DNA of 64,000 nt, from NCBI GenBank assembly GCA_902579585.1, contig CACHHJ010000001.1:7175-71174 (forward strand), in the 5' to 3' direction. The stretch comes from an uncultured Pelagibacteraceae bacterium (lineage in GTDB: Bacteria; Pseudomonadota; Alphaproteobacteria; Pelagibacterales; Pelagibacteraceae). Positions 39,534 to 49,148 of this stretch are shown here, piece by piece. Positions within the stretch are counted from its first letter, which is position 1, and every line of letters starts with the position of its first letter. The notes below the pieces were generated by a model. That model was not told the origin of the DNA and searched no databases. It saw only the letters and a program-made list of their open reading frames with translations. The translations under genes were made by a program, and so were the position numbers.

Positions 39534-39689
39534 ATGAAAAAAATTGACTCTTTTGTTTGGTTAATTTGGTTTTTATTAGTTATAGCATGGAATTATGGTT
39601 ATCCAGCAGCTACACCTTTTTTAGATGTGCTAGTGGCACTTATTTTATCAATTTTAAATATGCTTATATTAAAATTTATTAAGAAATAG
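39534..39689 (+). CDS. 51-aa two-helix membrane micro-protein (hypothetical)
   Basis: MKKIDSFVWLIWFLLVIAWNYGYPAATPFLDVLVALILSILNMLILKFIKK. The ATG lies 1 nt after the TVP38 stop, and its own stop lies 2 nt before the next ATG. Confidence 0.5.
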   Translation: MKKIDSFVWLIWFLLVIAWNYGYPAATPFLDVLVALILSILNMLILKFIKK

Positions 39690-39691
39690 TT

Positions 39692-41146
39692 ATGGATATA
39701 AATTATTTAAAAGCCGCGCTGTCTCACCACAGCAAAGGAAACTGGAATAAAGCACAAGAAATTTATCAGCATCTTTTGAAAGAAGATCCAAACAATTATG
39801 CAGTACTTCAAAATTATGGACCTTTATTGGCACAACTTAGGGAGTACAAATTAGCTAAAGGTGTTTTTCAAAAATGTTTAAAGCTAAAGCCAAAAGACTC
39901 TTTAATGTTATACAATTATGGAAAATTTTTTCATGACCAAAAAATTTATGAAAAAGCCATTGAATACTACAATAAATCATTTGAAATCAATCCTAAGAAT
40001 GCTATGTCGCAATATAATATTGGAAATATTTACTTTGCACAAAAAAATTTTAATTCTGCTATTGAGTATTACAAAAAAGCAACTGAGGTTAATCCCTCAC
40101 ATTTTTTTGCATACAATAATATAGCTCTTTCATTGAAAAAATTAGGCAAATTTGATGAGGCCTTAAAATTTTATAAAAAAGCAATTGATATAAACAAGGA
40201 TTTTGTAGATGGCCATGTTAATTACGGCACCTTGCTTTTACTAACAAACAAATTAGAGTTAGGTTTTAAAGAATACGAGTGGAGAAAAAAAAGTAAAATT
40301 TTTTCTGATTATTTATACTATTCTAAATTACAAATTAAAACTCCTATTTGGGTAGGGCAAAATTTACAAAAAAAAACTATTTTAATATTTTCCGAACAGG
40401 GAATTGGGGATTTAATTCAATTTTCCAGATACCTATTTGTTTTGAGAGATAGATTTTCATGCAAAGTTATACTTAGGTTAAAACAAGATCTCGCACATTT
40501 TTTTGATGACTCATTAAAAATAATTACAGAAAAAGATGAAATACCAAAGCATGATTTCCATAATCATTTAGCAAGTCTCCCAGGGATTTTTTATAATAAA
40601 AATAAAAACTTTCCTAAAAATGTAAACTTTATAAGAGAAAATAAGGAAATTAATCAAAAATGGAGTAAAATTTTAAATAAATATAAAGGACTAAAAGTAG
40701 GGATAAACGCAACAGCTTCATCTGCTACGACTGGTGATAGAATAATTCCGATAGAAAATTTTAAGATTCTAACTAATTTAAAAAATATAAATTTTTTTAT
40801 TGTTCAAAAAGACTTAAATAAAAACGATGTTAAAATAATTAATCAAAATTCAAATGTTAATTATTTTGAAGATCTAGATAAACTAGGAAATCCATTCGAA
40901 GATACAATCGGTTTGGTGAAAAACTTAGACCTAGTAATAACTGCCGATACTTCTTTAGGGCATTTATCTGCAACCTTAGAAAAACCAACCTGGATTGCCC
41001 TCTCTTTAATTAATGATTGGAGGTGGTTTCAAAATGAAAAAAAATCTATTTGGTATGATAGCGTTAAATTGTTTAGACAAAAAGAAATTGGAAATTGGCA
41101 ACAGGTTTTTAAGTTAATATATAAAGATTTAGAAAAAAAGTTATGA
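39692..41146 (+). CDS. TPR-repeat protein fused to a GT9-like (heptosyltransferase-fold) glycosyltransferase domain
   Basis: 484 aa. About 5 TPR units in residues 1-190 (repeated A..Y.KA.E..P). The C-terminal half has GIGDLIQFSRY and TADTSLGHLSATLEKPTW, which are GT9-like signatures. Confidence 0.75.
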   Translation: MDINYLKAALSHHSKGNWNKAQEIYQHLLKEDPNNYAVLQNYGPLLAQLREYKLAKGVFQKCLKLKPKDSLMLYNYGKFFHDQKIYEKAIEYYNKSFEINPKNAMSQYNIGNIYFAQKNFNSAIEYYKKATEVNPSHFFAYNNIALSLKKLGKFDEALKFYKKAIDINKDFVDGHVNYGTLLLLTNKLELGFKEYEWRKKSKIFSDYLYYSKLQIKTPIWVGQNLQKKTILIFSEQGIGDLIQFSRYLFVLRDRFSCKVILRLKQDLAHFFDDSLKIITEKDEIPKHDFHNHLASLPGIFYNKNKNFPKNVNFIRENKEINQKWSKILNKYKGLKVGINATASSATTGDRIIPIENFKILTNLKNINFFIVQKDLNKNDVKIINQNSNVNYFEDLDKLGNPFEDTIGLVKNLDLVITADTSLGHLSATLEKPTWIALSLINDWRWFQNEKKSIWYDSVKLFRQKEIGNWQQVFKLIYKDLEKKL

Positions 41147-41231
41147 TTTAGCTATTTAGTTGACCAAAGTAAAAATGAGCTTGCATATTAGCATTCTTCA
41201 AAGTAAAACATAATAAAACTATGGTGCTAAA

Positions 41232-41426
41232 ATGGGTATTCATTACGATTATAAATCAACTAGAGGCGAAAAAGCTTTGAAAAAAGAAGCCAAAAGGAAA
41301 GCTCGTTTAGAACAGAGAAAAGCAAAAAGGAATCTCAAATCTAAAACTGAGAACGTTGAGGATAAAATGCATGATATTCAAAAAACCATAACTTTGGATG
41401 ATTTAACAAATCCAGACAAAAATTAA
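41232..41426 (+). CDS. 64-aa Lys/Arg-rich protein (hypothetical)
   Basis: ORF-track entry, charged helical composition. No family recognised. Confidence 0.4.
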   Translation: MGIHYDYKSTRGEKALKKEAKRKARLEQRKAKRNLKSKTENVEDKMHDIQKTITLDDLTNPDKN

Positions 41427-41431
41427 ATTAA

Positions 41432-41548
41432 ATGAAAATTGTTGAAAGAAAAGAGAAATCTTTTTTACGAAAAGAATCAGCCTTAAAATTAAATTTAAAA
41501 AAAAGAAAGAAAATTAGAGATAAATATAAAATTAAAAAAAAAACATGA
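41432..41548 (+). CDS. 38-codon extremely basic micro-ORF (hypothetical), stop overlaps the dcd ATG
   Basis: [42 protein letters not shown] junction with dcd. A-rich DNA produces Lys runs by chance. Confidence 0.2.
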   Translation: MKIVERKEKSFLRKESALKLNLKKRKKIRDKYKIKKKT

Positions 41549-42099
41549 CAGTATTATCTGATAAATGGATTAAAAAAATGGCTAAGAGTAATAAAATGAT
41601 TACTCCATTCGTGCCAAAACAAGTCAGAAAAGGAAAAATATCTTTTGGTTTGTCTTCGTACGGTTATGACGCTCGAGTTTCTAATGATTTTAAGGTTTTC
41701 ACAAATGTCAACTCCGCTGTAGTGGATCCAAAAAATTTTAAAAAGGACAGTTTTATTTCAAGAAAATCGAATACATGCGTTATTCCCCCAAATTCATTTG
41801 CTTTAGCAAGAACAGTTGAATATTTTAAAATTCCAGAAAATGTAATGGTAATATGTTTAGGTAAATCAACATACGCAAGATGTGGAATTATAGTTAATGT
41901 CACACCATTAGAGCCAGGTTGGGAAGGTTATGTGACCCTTGAGTTTTCAAACACAACACCTTTGCCAGCAAAAATTTATGCCAATGAAGGTGCAGCACAA
42001 TTTGTATTTATTAAAGGAAACGAAAAACCAGACGTGTCATACTCAAAAAGAAAAGGCAAGTATATGAAGCAAAAAGGCGTAACACTTCCTAAAATCTAA
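41545..42099 (+). CDS. dcd: dCTP deaminase
   Basis: 184 aa with [21 protein letters not shown] and [12 protein letters not shown]. Confidence 0.93.
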   Translation: MTVLSDKWIKKMAKSNKMITPFVPKQVRKGKISFGLSSYGYDARVSNDFKVFTNVNSAVVDPKNFKKDSFISRKSNTCVIPPNSFALARTVEYFKIPENVMVICLGKSTYARCGIIVNVTPLEPGWEGYVTLEFSNTTPLPAKIYANEGAAQFVFIKGNEKPDVSYSKRKGKYMKQKGVTLPKI

Positions 42100-42102
42100 T
42101 TA

Positions 42103-43365
42103 ATGCAAAAGCTTAAAGTAAAAGGTAAAAATATTTTATCTGGAGAAATTAAAATCTCAGGATCAAAAAATGCTACGCTGCCGATACTTGCTGCATCTAT
42201 TTTGAGTGAAAAAAAAATTGATTTAAAAAGAGTTCCAATAGTAAAAGACGTGGTGACTATGTGTCATTTATTAAGGTATATGGGATCAAATATAAAAATT
42301 GATTCCCAAAAAAAATGTATTTCAATACATAATAAAAATAAAAAATTTAAAAATATCGCTCCATATTCATTTGTTAAAACAATGAGAGCTGGAGTAATTG
42401 TTTTAGGTTCTTTACTAGCGAGATTTGGAAAAGCCAAAGTTTCTTTGCCCGGTGGATGTGCGATAGGAACAAGACCAGTTGATATTCATCTTTTTGGTTT
42501 AAAGAAATTAGGAGCCAAAATAAAAATAAAAAATGGTTATATTTTTGCTGAGGCCACACAGGGTTTAACTGGTACACATATCAAATTCCCATCAATATCC
42601 GTTGGTGCCACAGAAAATGTTATTATTGCAGCGAGTTTAGCTAAAGGAATTACATATTTAAAAAATTGTGCTTCCGAACCTGAAATTAAAAATTTGACTG
42701 ATTTTTTAAATAAAATGGGGGCCAAAATTTCCTGGCTAGGAAAAAGGAAAATTAAAATAATAGGATGCAAAAAGTTTAAGCAAGTAAACCACAAAGTAAT
42801 GTTTGATAGAATTGAAGCTGGAACATTTATTATTGCAGGGGCTTTAATAGGAAAAAAATTAAAAATATCAGGTATTCAAAAAAATTTTTTAAAAACAGAA
42901 CTTAAAATTTTAAAAAAAATGGGTGTTAAAATGGAAATTAATAAAGATCATATTAACATGCTCGATTCATCAAAAATAAAACCAGCAAAAATAAAAACAG
43001 AACCTTATCCTGGGTTTCCCACTGATCTACAAGCACAGATGATGGTTTTGATGACAAAAGCTAGAGGAAAATCAGAAATAAAAGAAAATATTTTTGAAAA
43101 CAGGTTTATGCATGTCCCTGAGCTAAATAGAATGGGAGCAAAAATTAATACTTCAGGAAATTTATCCTATATAAATGGTCCTCAAAATTTAAATGGTGCT
43201 GAGGTTATGGCAACCGACCTTCGAGCATCGGTAAGTTTGGTGCTCGCAGGATTAATTGCAAATAATGAAACAATTATAAATAGAGTGTACCACCTTGATA
43301 GAGGATATGAAGATTTAGAAAAAAAACTCAAACACTGCAAAGCAAAGATTTCTAGAATTTTTTAG
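42103..43365 (+). CDS. murA: UDP-N-acetylglucosamine 1-carboxyvinyltransferase
   Basis: 420 aa with GSKNATLPILAAS, LPGGCAIGTRPVDIH (active-site Cys) and YPGFPTDLQAQ. Confidence 0.96.
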   Translation: MQKLKVKGKNILSGEIKISGSKNATLPILAASILSEKKIDLKRVPIVKDVVTMCHLLRYMGSNIKIDSQKKCISIHNKNKKFKNIAPYSFVKTMRAGVIVLGSLLARFGKAKVSLPGGCAIGTRPVDIHLFGLKKLGAKIKIKNGYIFAEATQGLTGTHIKFPSISVGATENVIIAASLAKGITYLKNCASEPEIKNLTDFLNKMGAKISWLGKRKIKIIGCKKFKQVNHKVMFDRIEAGTFIIAGALIGKKLKISGIQKNFLKTELKILKKMGVKMEINKDHINMLDSSKIKPAKIKTEPYPGFPTDLQAQMMVLMTKARGKSEIKENIFENRFMHVPELNRMGAKINTSGNLSYINGPQNLNGAEVMATDLRASVSLVLAGLIANNETIINRVYHLDRGYEDLEKKLKHCKAKISRIF

Positions 43366-43367
43366 TT

Positions 43368-43814
43368 ATGAGTTATAAAAATTTAAGGTTATTAGCAAAC
43401 TCTGAGGAGGATTTAAGAGTTATATCTGCTCATTTACAAGATTCGATAACCCAAGTTAAAAATATTGCACACTTAAAAAAAAATAGAATTTTTTTGATAC
43501 AGTTTAATAGGTTTATGTGGGAAGATATTGAGAAAGGTGTATTTAGAAAAAATAGAAGAATACAGTCAGTTCTTAAATTTGATAATATTCTAGATGTATT
43601 TTCAATGAATATTAATCAAAAAAATAGTGATCGTTTTTTAGACTTTTTAGCAATTGAAACTAAATGCTTGTCTGATAAAAGTTACCAAATAAAACTTAAC
43701 TTTGCAGGTGGAATTTTGATTAAATTAAATGCAGAGATAATAGAATGTTTTTTAGAAGACCAGGGCGACTCATGGGAAACAAAAAATAAACCAAAAAATA
43801 TTTTTAATGATTAA
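43368..43814 (+). CDS. DUF2948-family protein
   Basis: 148 aa, LRLLANSEEDLRVISAHLQDS... Its position between murA and hisD is typical of alphaproteobacteria. Confidence 0.7.
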   Translation: MSYKNLRLLANSEEDLRVISAHLQDSITQVKNIAHLKKNRIFLIQFNRFMWEDIEKGVFRKNRRIQSVLKFDNILDVFSMNINQKNSDRFLDFLAIETKCLSDKSYQIKLNFAGGILIKLNAEIIECFLEDQGDSWETKNKPKNIFND

Positions 43815-45099
43815 TACATTACTTACTAATTCAAAGAATTTTCAAAAACAGCTCTATAGTTATTTGGATTCAAGGAAACCAAATGATCTTTTAAAATTGA
43901 AGATTGTCAAAGGAATTATATTGGATGTTAAAAAAAACAAAGATCAATCTCTATTAAAGTTTGAAAAGAAGTTTAGTAAATTAAAGAGAATAAATAAAAA
44001 TGATCTAGTTTTTAACAAATCAGAAATAAACAAAATTATTAAAAGATTAGATACAAAAACAAAAAACTCTATTAATATTGCTTTTAAAAGAATTTATAAT
44101 TTTCATAAGAATCAAAAGTTCCAAGATTTTAAAGTTTTAGATAATTTTAAAAATTCTCTTTCTTACAGATCTATGCCCATAGAGAGGGTTGGGGTTTATG
44201 TTCCGGGTGGTATTGCTAATTATCCGAGCTCTGTATTGATGAATTGTATTCCGGCAATTGTTGCAGGAGTTAAAAAAATTTATCTGACTGTTCCTTGTAT
44301 AGGAAAAAAAATTAACCCAGGCGTACTATATGCTGCACAGAAGTGTAAGGTTAAAAAAATTTATAAATTAGGTGGTGCCCAAGCAATTGCTGCTTTTGCA
44401 TATGGAACTCAAACAATAAATAAAGTGGATAAAATTGTGGGTCCTGGTAATGAATACGTAGCTTTAGCGAAAAAAGAAGTTTTTGGACAGGTAGGAATTG
44501 ATATGTTTGCCGGACCTTCTGAAGTTACCATAATAGCAGATAAATATTCTAACCCAGACTGGATAGCTGCTGACTTAATAGCTCAAGCCGAACACGACGA
44601 AATGTCACAATCAATTCTTATTACTGACAGCAAAAAAATAATAATAAAAGTAAAAACGGCTCTAAGATCTCAAATTAAACTTTTGCCCAAAAAAAAAATA
44701 GCTGCAAGAAGTTTGAAAAAATATGGAATAGCTGTTTTAGCGAAGAATTCAAATGAAATTTCAAATATAACAAACAAAATTGCACCTGAGCATTTAGAAA
44801 TACTAACATCTAATCCACAAAAATATTTGAAAAAAATAAATAATGCTGGTTCTGTTTTTTTAGGCAAATATTCGCCCGAAGCTATGGGTGATTATTTAGC
44901 AGGACCAAATCATGTGCTACCCACGTCTGGTACTGCCAAGTTTTCATCTGGTTTATCCGCATATGACTTTTTAAAAAGACAATCTATTATAAAAATATCT
45001 AAATCAGGCATTGAAAGATTGGGTTCTTCAGTTATAAATTTGGCTGAATATGAAAATTTACAAGGGCATGCTAATTCAATAAAAATAAGGATTAAATAA
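43807..45099 (+). CDS. hisD: histidinol dehydrogenase
   Basis: 430 aa with [32 protein letters not shown] and PEHLE. Confidence 0.95.
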   Translation: MINTLLTNSKNFQKQLYSYLDSRKPNDLLKLKIVKGIILDVKKNKDQSLLKFEKKFSKLKRINKNDLVFNKSEINKIIKRLDTKTKNSINIAFKRIYNFHKNQKFQDFKVLDNFKNSLSYRSMPIERVGVYVPGGIANYPSSVLMNCIPAIVAGVKKIYLTVPCIGKKINPGVLYAAQKCKVKKIYKLGGAQAIAAFAYGTQTINKVDKIVGPGNEYVALAKKEVFGQVGIDMFAGPSEVTIIADKYSNPDWIAADLIAQAEHDEMSQSILITDSKKIIIKVKTALRSQIKLLPKKKIAARSLKKYGIAVLAKNSNEISNITNKIAPEHLEILTSNPQKYLKKINNAGSVFLGKYSPEAMGDYLAGPNHVLPTSGTAKFSSGLSAYDFLKRQSIIKISKSGIERLGSSVINLAEYENLQGHANSIKIRIK

Positions 45100-45109
45100 G
45101 GGTATAAAT

Positions 45110-45325
45110 TTGGTCAAACAGGATAAAATTGAATTTAAAGGAAAAGTAACGGAACTTTTACCAAATGCAATGTTTAGAGTTATGCTAGAAAATAATCATG
45201 AAGTTTTAGCTCATACCGCTGGAAAATTAAGAAAGAATAGAATAAGAGTCTTAGCCGGCGATCAAGTTCTAGTGGAAATGACGCCGTACGACTTAACTAG
45301 AGGTAGGATTACCTTTAGATTTTAG
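45110..45325 (+). CDS. infA: translation initiation factor IF-1 (TTG start)
   Basis: 71 aa with [39 protein letters not shown]. There is no in-frame ATG before the conserved core. GGG lies 7 nt upstream of the TTG. Confidence 0.93.
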   Translation: MVKQDKIEFKGKVTELLPNAMFRVMLENNHEVLAHTAGKLRKNRIRVLAGDQVLVEMTPYDLTRGRITFRF

Positions 45326-45326
45326 T

Positions 45327-45401
45327 GGCCTTGTAGCTCAGTAGTAGAGCAGTACCCTGAAAAGGTATGTGTCGTTTGTGCGATTCAAACCAAGGCCACC
45401 A
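45327..45401 (+). tRNA. tRNA-Phe (anticodon GAA), CCA encoded, with non-canonical D-loop and T-loop
   Basis: Hand fold. Acceptor GGCCTTG/CAAGGCC, D-stem GCTC/GAGC with 7-nt loop AGTAGTA (no GG), anticodon stem GTACC/GGTAT with loop CTGAAAA, T-stem GTTTG/CAAAC with loop TGCGATT (G at position 55). Confidence 0.85.
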
Positions 45402-45421
45402 CTTAAATTAATTAAAACTAG

Positions 45422-47464
45422 ATGCGTTTAAAATACCGAAAAGAAATAGATGGCCTAAGAGCACTAGCAGTCATACCTGTAATACTTTTTCACGCTGATT
45501 TCAGTCTTTTTGATGGTGGATATATCGGTGTAGATATTTTTTTTGTAATAAGTGGTTATTTAATATCAAGTTTTATTTTTAATGAAATTGAAAGTAACAA
45601 TTTTTCCTTAATAGGATTTTATGAAAGAAGAGCTAGAAGAATTTTACCAGCCCTATATTTAGTTTTTTTGGTAAGTTCAATATTTGTATTGATATTCTTA
45701 TCAAGAAGTGAAATTAATGAATTTTTTAATAGCGTAATTTCAAGTACACTTTTTTTTTCTAATTTTTTCTTTTGGTATTTTGAACCATATTTTTCTAGTA
45801 ATGCAGGTTTAAAACCTCTCATCCATACCTGGAGTTTATCAATAGAAGAACAATTTTATATTTTTTTCCCAATTTTGTTTATTTTGTTAATAAAATTAAG
45901 AAGAAAACAAATTATTTTTTTTTCATTCGTAATTATTTTTTTATTAAGTTTATTTTTAGCAGAATCTTTATCAAAGTCACATGCCTCTGTTAATTTTTAT
46001 TTTACATTTACAAGGATTTGGGAAATAGTCTTGGGTGTAATTATATCAATTTATTTTAAATACTATAAATATAATTTTTCAAAAAATACATCCGAAACTC
46101 TCAGTCTAATAGGATTATTATCTATTTTATACTCAATATTCTTTTTTTCTAAAGAAACACCGTTTCCAAGTTTATATGCATTAATTCCAACCGTCGGTAC
46201 CGGAATGATAATTATTTTTGCAAATAATAATACATTTACAAACAAAATTTTATCACTAAAAATTTTCGTTGGTTTCGGTCTAATAAGTTATAGTTTATAT
46301 TTATGGCATCAACCATTATTAGCTTTTAGTAAAAATTATTATGGAAGCATAACTCTATCACAAAAATTTCTTATTATTTTTATATCGGTTATTATTTCTT
46401 ATTTTTCTTGGAAATATATTGAGAAATTTTTTAGAGATAGATCAAAGTTATCCAAAAAAAGTATATTTTATCTGAGTTCTTTCATGGCCTTATTTTTTAT
46501 TCTTCTGAGTTCTTTAACAGGAAACTTCTTTAGTCCAAAATCAAAAGGTAGTTCAGAGTATAAATTAGCAAATTTTATAATCAATAACGAAAAATTCTAC
46601 ATAAAAAATTTAAATCATAGAATGTTTAATAAATACAGAATTTATCTAGAACAAAAAAATCCTGATACTTTAGTTGTCGGTTCATCAAGAGTAAATACTT
46701 TAGGAGAGGACATATTTTTAAACAAAAAAGTTTTGAATCTATTTGTTGAAAGTGCGACAATTGAAGATCACATAACTATGACAACAATGGCACTAGAAAA
46801 ATTTAAACCTAGTACAATTATATTAGCCGCAGAACCATGGTTATTTAATGAAAATTATAGTGACTGGAGAAAAAGTAGTAGATGGAAAATTTATAAGGAA
46901 GAATATAAAAAATCTATCTCAAAAATAGAAAAATCTGAGAATAGTATTGAAATACTTGATCATAAATTTGTTAAAAAAGAATTAAGTTTGTATGAAAAGT
47001 TCCTAGAAAATTTATATGTAAAAATAAATGTTAATTCTAATGAAAGCTTAAAACCAAACAAAAAATCACAATCCGTTCTTTATGAGATCGGAAAAGATGG
47101 AAAAGCAAAATGGTTTAGTGAAAAAAAAGAAATAAGACCGACAGTTATAAATCATTTTATAGACCCTTATAAAAAATCATCAAAAAAATATGAATTATAT
47201 GAGAAATTTATAAAATATTTAAAAAATCAAAATATTGAGATAATCTTGTTTTTAACTCCTTATGAAAACAACTCTTACGACTTGACGATAATAAAGAATA
47301 AATTATTAAAAAATATAGAGGAGGATTTTATAGATTTTGTAAATAAAAACTCTATTAAAATACTTGGTTCTTACGATCCACGAAAGGCTGGTTGTCTAAG
47401 CATAGAATTTCATGATTATATTCACCCAAATACAAAATGCACAAATAAAATAGTAAACAGATGA
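45422..47464 (+). CDS. acyltransferase family 3 (OafA/OatA-like) O-acyltransferase with C-terminal SGNH-like domain
   Basis: 680 aa. N-terminus [16 protein letters not shown] with about 10 TM helices. The C-terminal soluble half has LVVGSSR (block I-like Ser) and HDYIH (DxxH block V-like). Confidence 0.85.
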   Translation: MRLKYRKEIDGLRALAVIPVILFHADFSLFDGGYIGVDIFFVISGYLISSFIFNEIESNNFSLIGFYERRARRILPALYLVFLVSSIFVLIFLSRSEINEFFNSVISSTLFFSNFFFWYFEPYFSSNAGLKPLIHTWSLSIEEQFYIFFPILFILLIKLRRKQIIFFSFVIIFLLSLFLAESLSKSHASVNFYFTFTRIWEIVLGVIISIYFKYYKYNFSKNTSETLSLIGLLSILYSIFFFSKETPFPSLYALIPTVGTGMIIIFANNNTFTNKILSLKIFVGFGLISYSLYLWHQPLLAFSKNYYGSITLSQKFLIIFISVIISYFSWKYIEKFFRDRSKLSKKSIFYLSSFMALFFILLSSLTGNFFSPKSKGSSEYKLANFIINNEKFYIKNLNHRMFNKYRIYLEQKNPDTLVVGSSRVNTLGEDIFLNKKVLNLFVESATIEDHITMTTMALEKFKPSTIILAAEPWLFNENYSDWRKSSRWKIYKEEYKKSISKIEKSENSIEILDHKFVKKELSLYEKFLENLYVKINVNSNESLKPNKKSQSVLYEIGKDGKAKWFSEKKEIRPTVINHFIDPYKKSSKKYELYEKFIKYLKNQNIEIILFLTPYENNSYDLTIIKNKLLKNIEEDFIDFVNKNSIKILGSYDPRKAGCLSIEFHDYIHPNTKCTNKIVNR

Positions 47465-49146
47465 CTAAATTTAAAACTGATATAGAGATAGCTAGAGATG
47501 CAAAAATTAAACCAATAAAGAATGTTTTAAGTAAATTTAGTATTGCAGAAGATCAAAATTCTTTTAGTCTTATGGGAACACATATTGCTAAGCTTAATTT
47601 TAACTATATTGATCGGTTAAAAGAGAAAAATGGCAAACTAGTTCTAGTTACGGCTATAACACCAACCCCAGCGGGTGAGGGAAAGACAACAACATCAGTC
47701 GGGCTAAATGATGGTTTAAATAAAATTGGAAAAAAATCTATAGTTTGTTTAAGAGAACCTAGTTTAGGACCTTCCTTTGGAATGAAAGGCGGTGCAGCTG
47801 GGGGCGGATATGCTCAAGTTGTCCCAATGGAACAAATTAATTTACACTTCACAGGTGATTTTCATGCAATTACTTCAGCACACAATTTATTATCAGCCTT
47901 ATTAGATAATCATATTTATTGGGGTAATAAGCTAAATATTGACCAAGAAAAAATTATTTGGAGGAGAGTAATTGACTTGAATGATCGCGCTTTAAGAAAA
48001 ATAAGAATTAATCTAGAAAAAATTAAAACAAATATACCAAGAGCTGATAGTTTTGATATCACAGTTGCGTCAGAAGTTATGGCAATTTTTTGCCTATCAA
48101 ACAATATAAGAGATTTAGAAAAAAAATTAGGAAATATCACTGTTGCTTATTCAAAAGATAAAAAACCTGTTTACGCAAAAGATCTAAATGCTCATGGGCC
48201 TATGACAGTGCTTCTTAAAGATGCAATAAGGCCTAATGTAGTCCAAACCTTAGAAAATAATCTTGCTATTATTCATGGGGGCCCTTTTGCAAATATTGCT
48301 CATGGATGTAATTCAATTATTGCAACAAAGACTGCTTTAAAATTATCTGAATATGTTATTACTGAAGCTGGTTTTGGAGCAGATCTTGGTGCCGAAAAAT
48401 TTTTAAATATTAAATGCCGTAAAGCGGGTTTAAAACCGAGATGTGTAGTTCTTGTTGCAACAGTAAGAGCTTTAAAAATGCACGGGGGAGTCGAGAAGGA
48501 TGATCTCAAATTAGAAAATCTTGATGCACTAAAAAAAGGTATTCCAAATTTGGAAAAACATATACAAAACATAAAAAAATTTGGTTTGAAAGTAATTGTG
48601 GCGATTAATCATTTTGTTACTGACACGGACAAAGAAATTAAAATAATTAAAGAACAATGTGCCAAGCTCGGCGTAAAAGCAAGTCTTTGTACACATTGGT
48701 TAGAAGGTGGAAAAGGGACAAAAGATTTAGCTAATAACGTAGTCGAAATATGTGAAAATAGTGATATATCAAATTTTAATTATTTATACACTGACAATAC
48801 GCCAATTTTAGAAAAGATAAATATAATTGCGAAAGAAATTTATGATGCAAAAGGTATTGAATTAAATGAGACAATTATTCAACAAGTAAAAAAAATAGAA
48901 GAAGCAGGATTTGGAAAGTTTCCAGTTTGTATTGCTAAAACACAATATAGTTTTTCAACCGATCCAAAATTGAAGGGAGTACCTTCAGGTCATACATTAT
49001 CTATTAGAGAAGTAAGATTATCAAGTGGAGCTGAGTTTGTAGTTGTTGTATGTGGATCAATAATGACAATGCCAGGACTTCCAAAAGTTCCAGCAGCTGA
49101 AAAAATTAAATTAAATAAAAAAGGTGAAATAGATGGTTTATTTTAA
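47461..49146 (+). CDS. fhs: formate--tetrahydrofolate ligase
   Basis: 561 aa with [32 protein letters not shown] and [16 protein letters not shown] overlap with the acyltransferase gene. Confidence 0.96.
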   Translation: MTKFKTDIEIARDAKIKPIKNVLSKFSIAEDQNSFSLMGTHIAKLNFNYIDRLKEKNGKLVLVTAITPTPAGEGKTTTSVGLNDGLNKIGKKSIVCLREPSLGPSFGMKGGAAGGGYAQVVPMEQINLHFTGDFHAITSAHNLLSALLDNHIYWGNKLNIDQEKIIWRRVIDLNDRALRKIRINLEKIKTNIPRADSFDITVASEVMAIFCLSNNIRDLEKKLGNITVAYSKDKKPVYAKDLNAHGPMTVLLKDAIRPNVVQTLENNLAIIHGGPFANIAHGCNSIIATKTALKLSEYVITEAGFGADLGAEKFLNIKCRKAGLKPRCVVLVATVRALKMHGGVEKDDLKLENLDALKKGIPNLEKHIQNIKKFGLKVIVAINHFVTDTDKEIKIIKEQCAKLGVKASLCTHWLEGGKGTKDLANNVVEICENSDISNFNYLYTDNTPILEKINIIAKEIYDAKGIELNETIIQQVKKIEEAGFGKFPVCIAKTQYSFSTDPKLKGVPSGHTLSIREVRLSSGAEFVVVVCGSIMTMPGLPKVPAAEKIKLNKKGEIDGLF

Positions 49147-49148
49147 AA

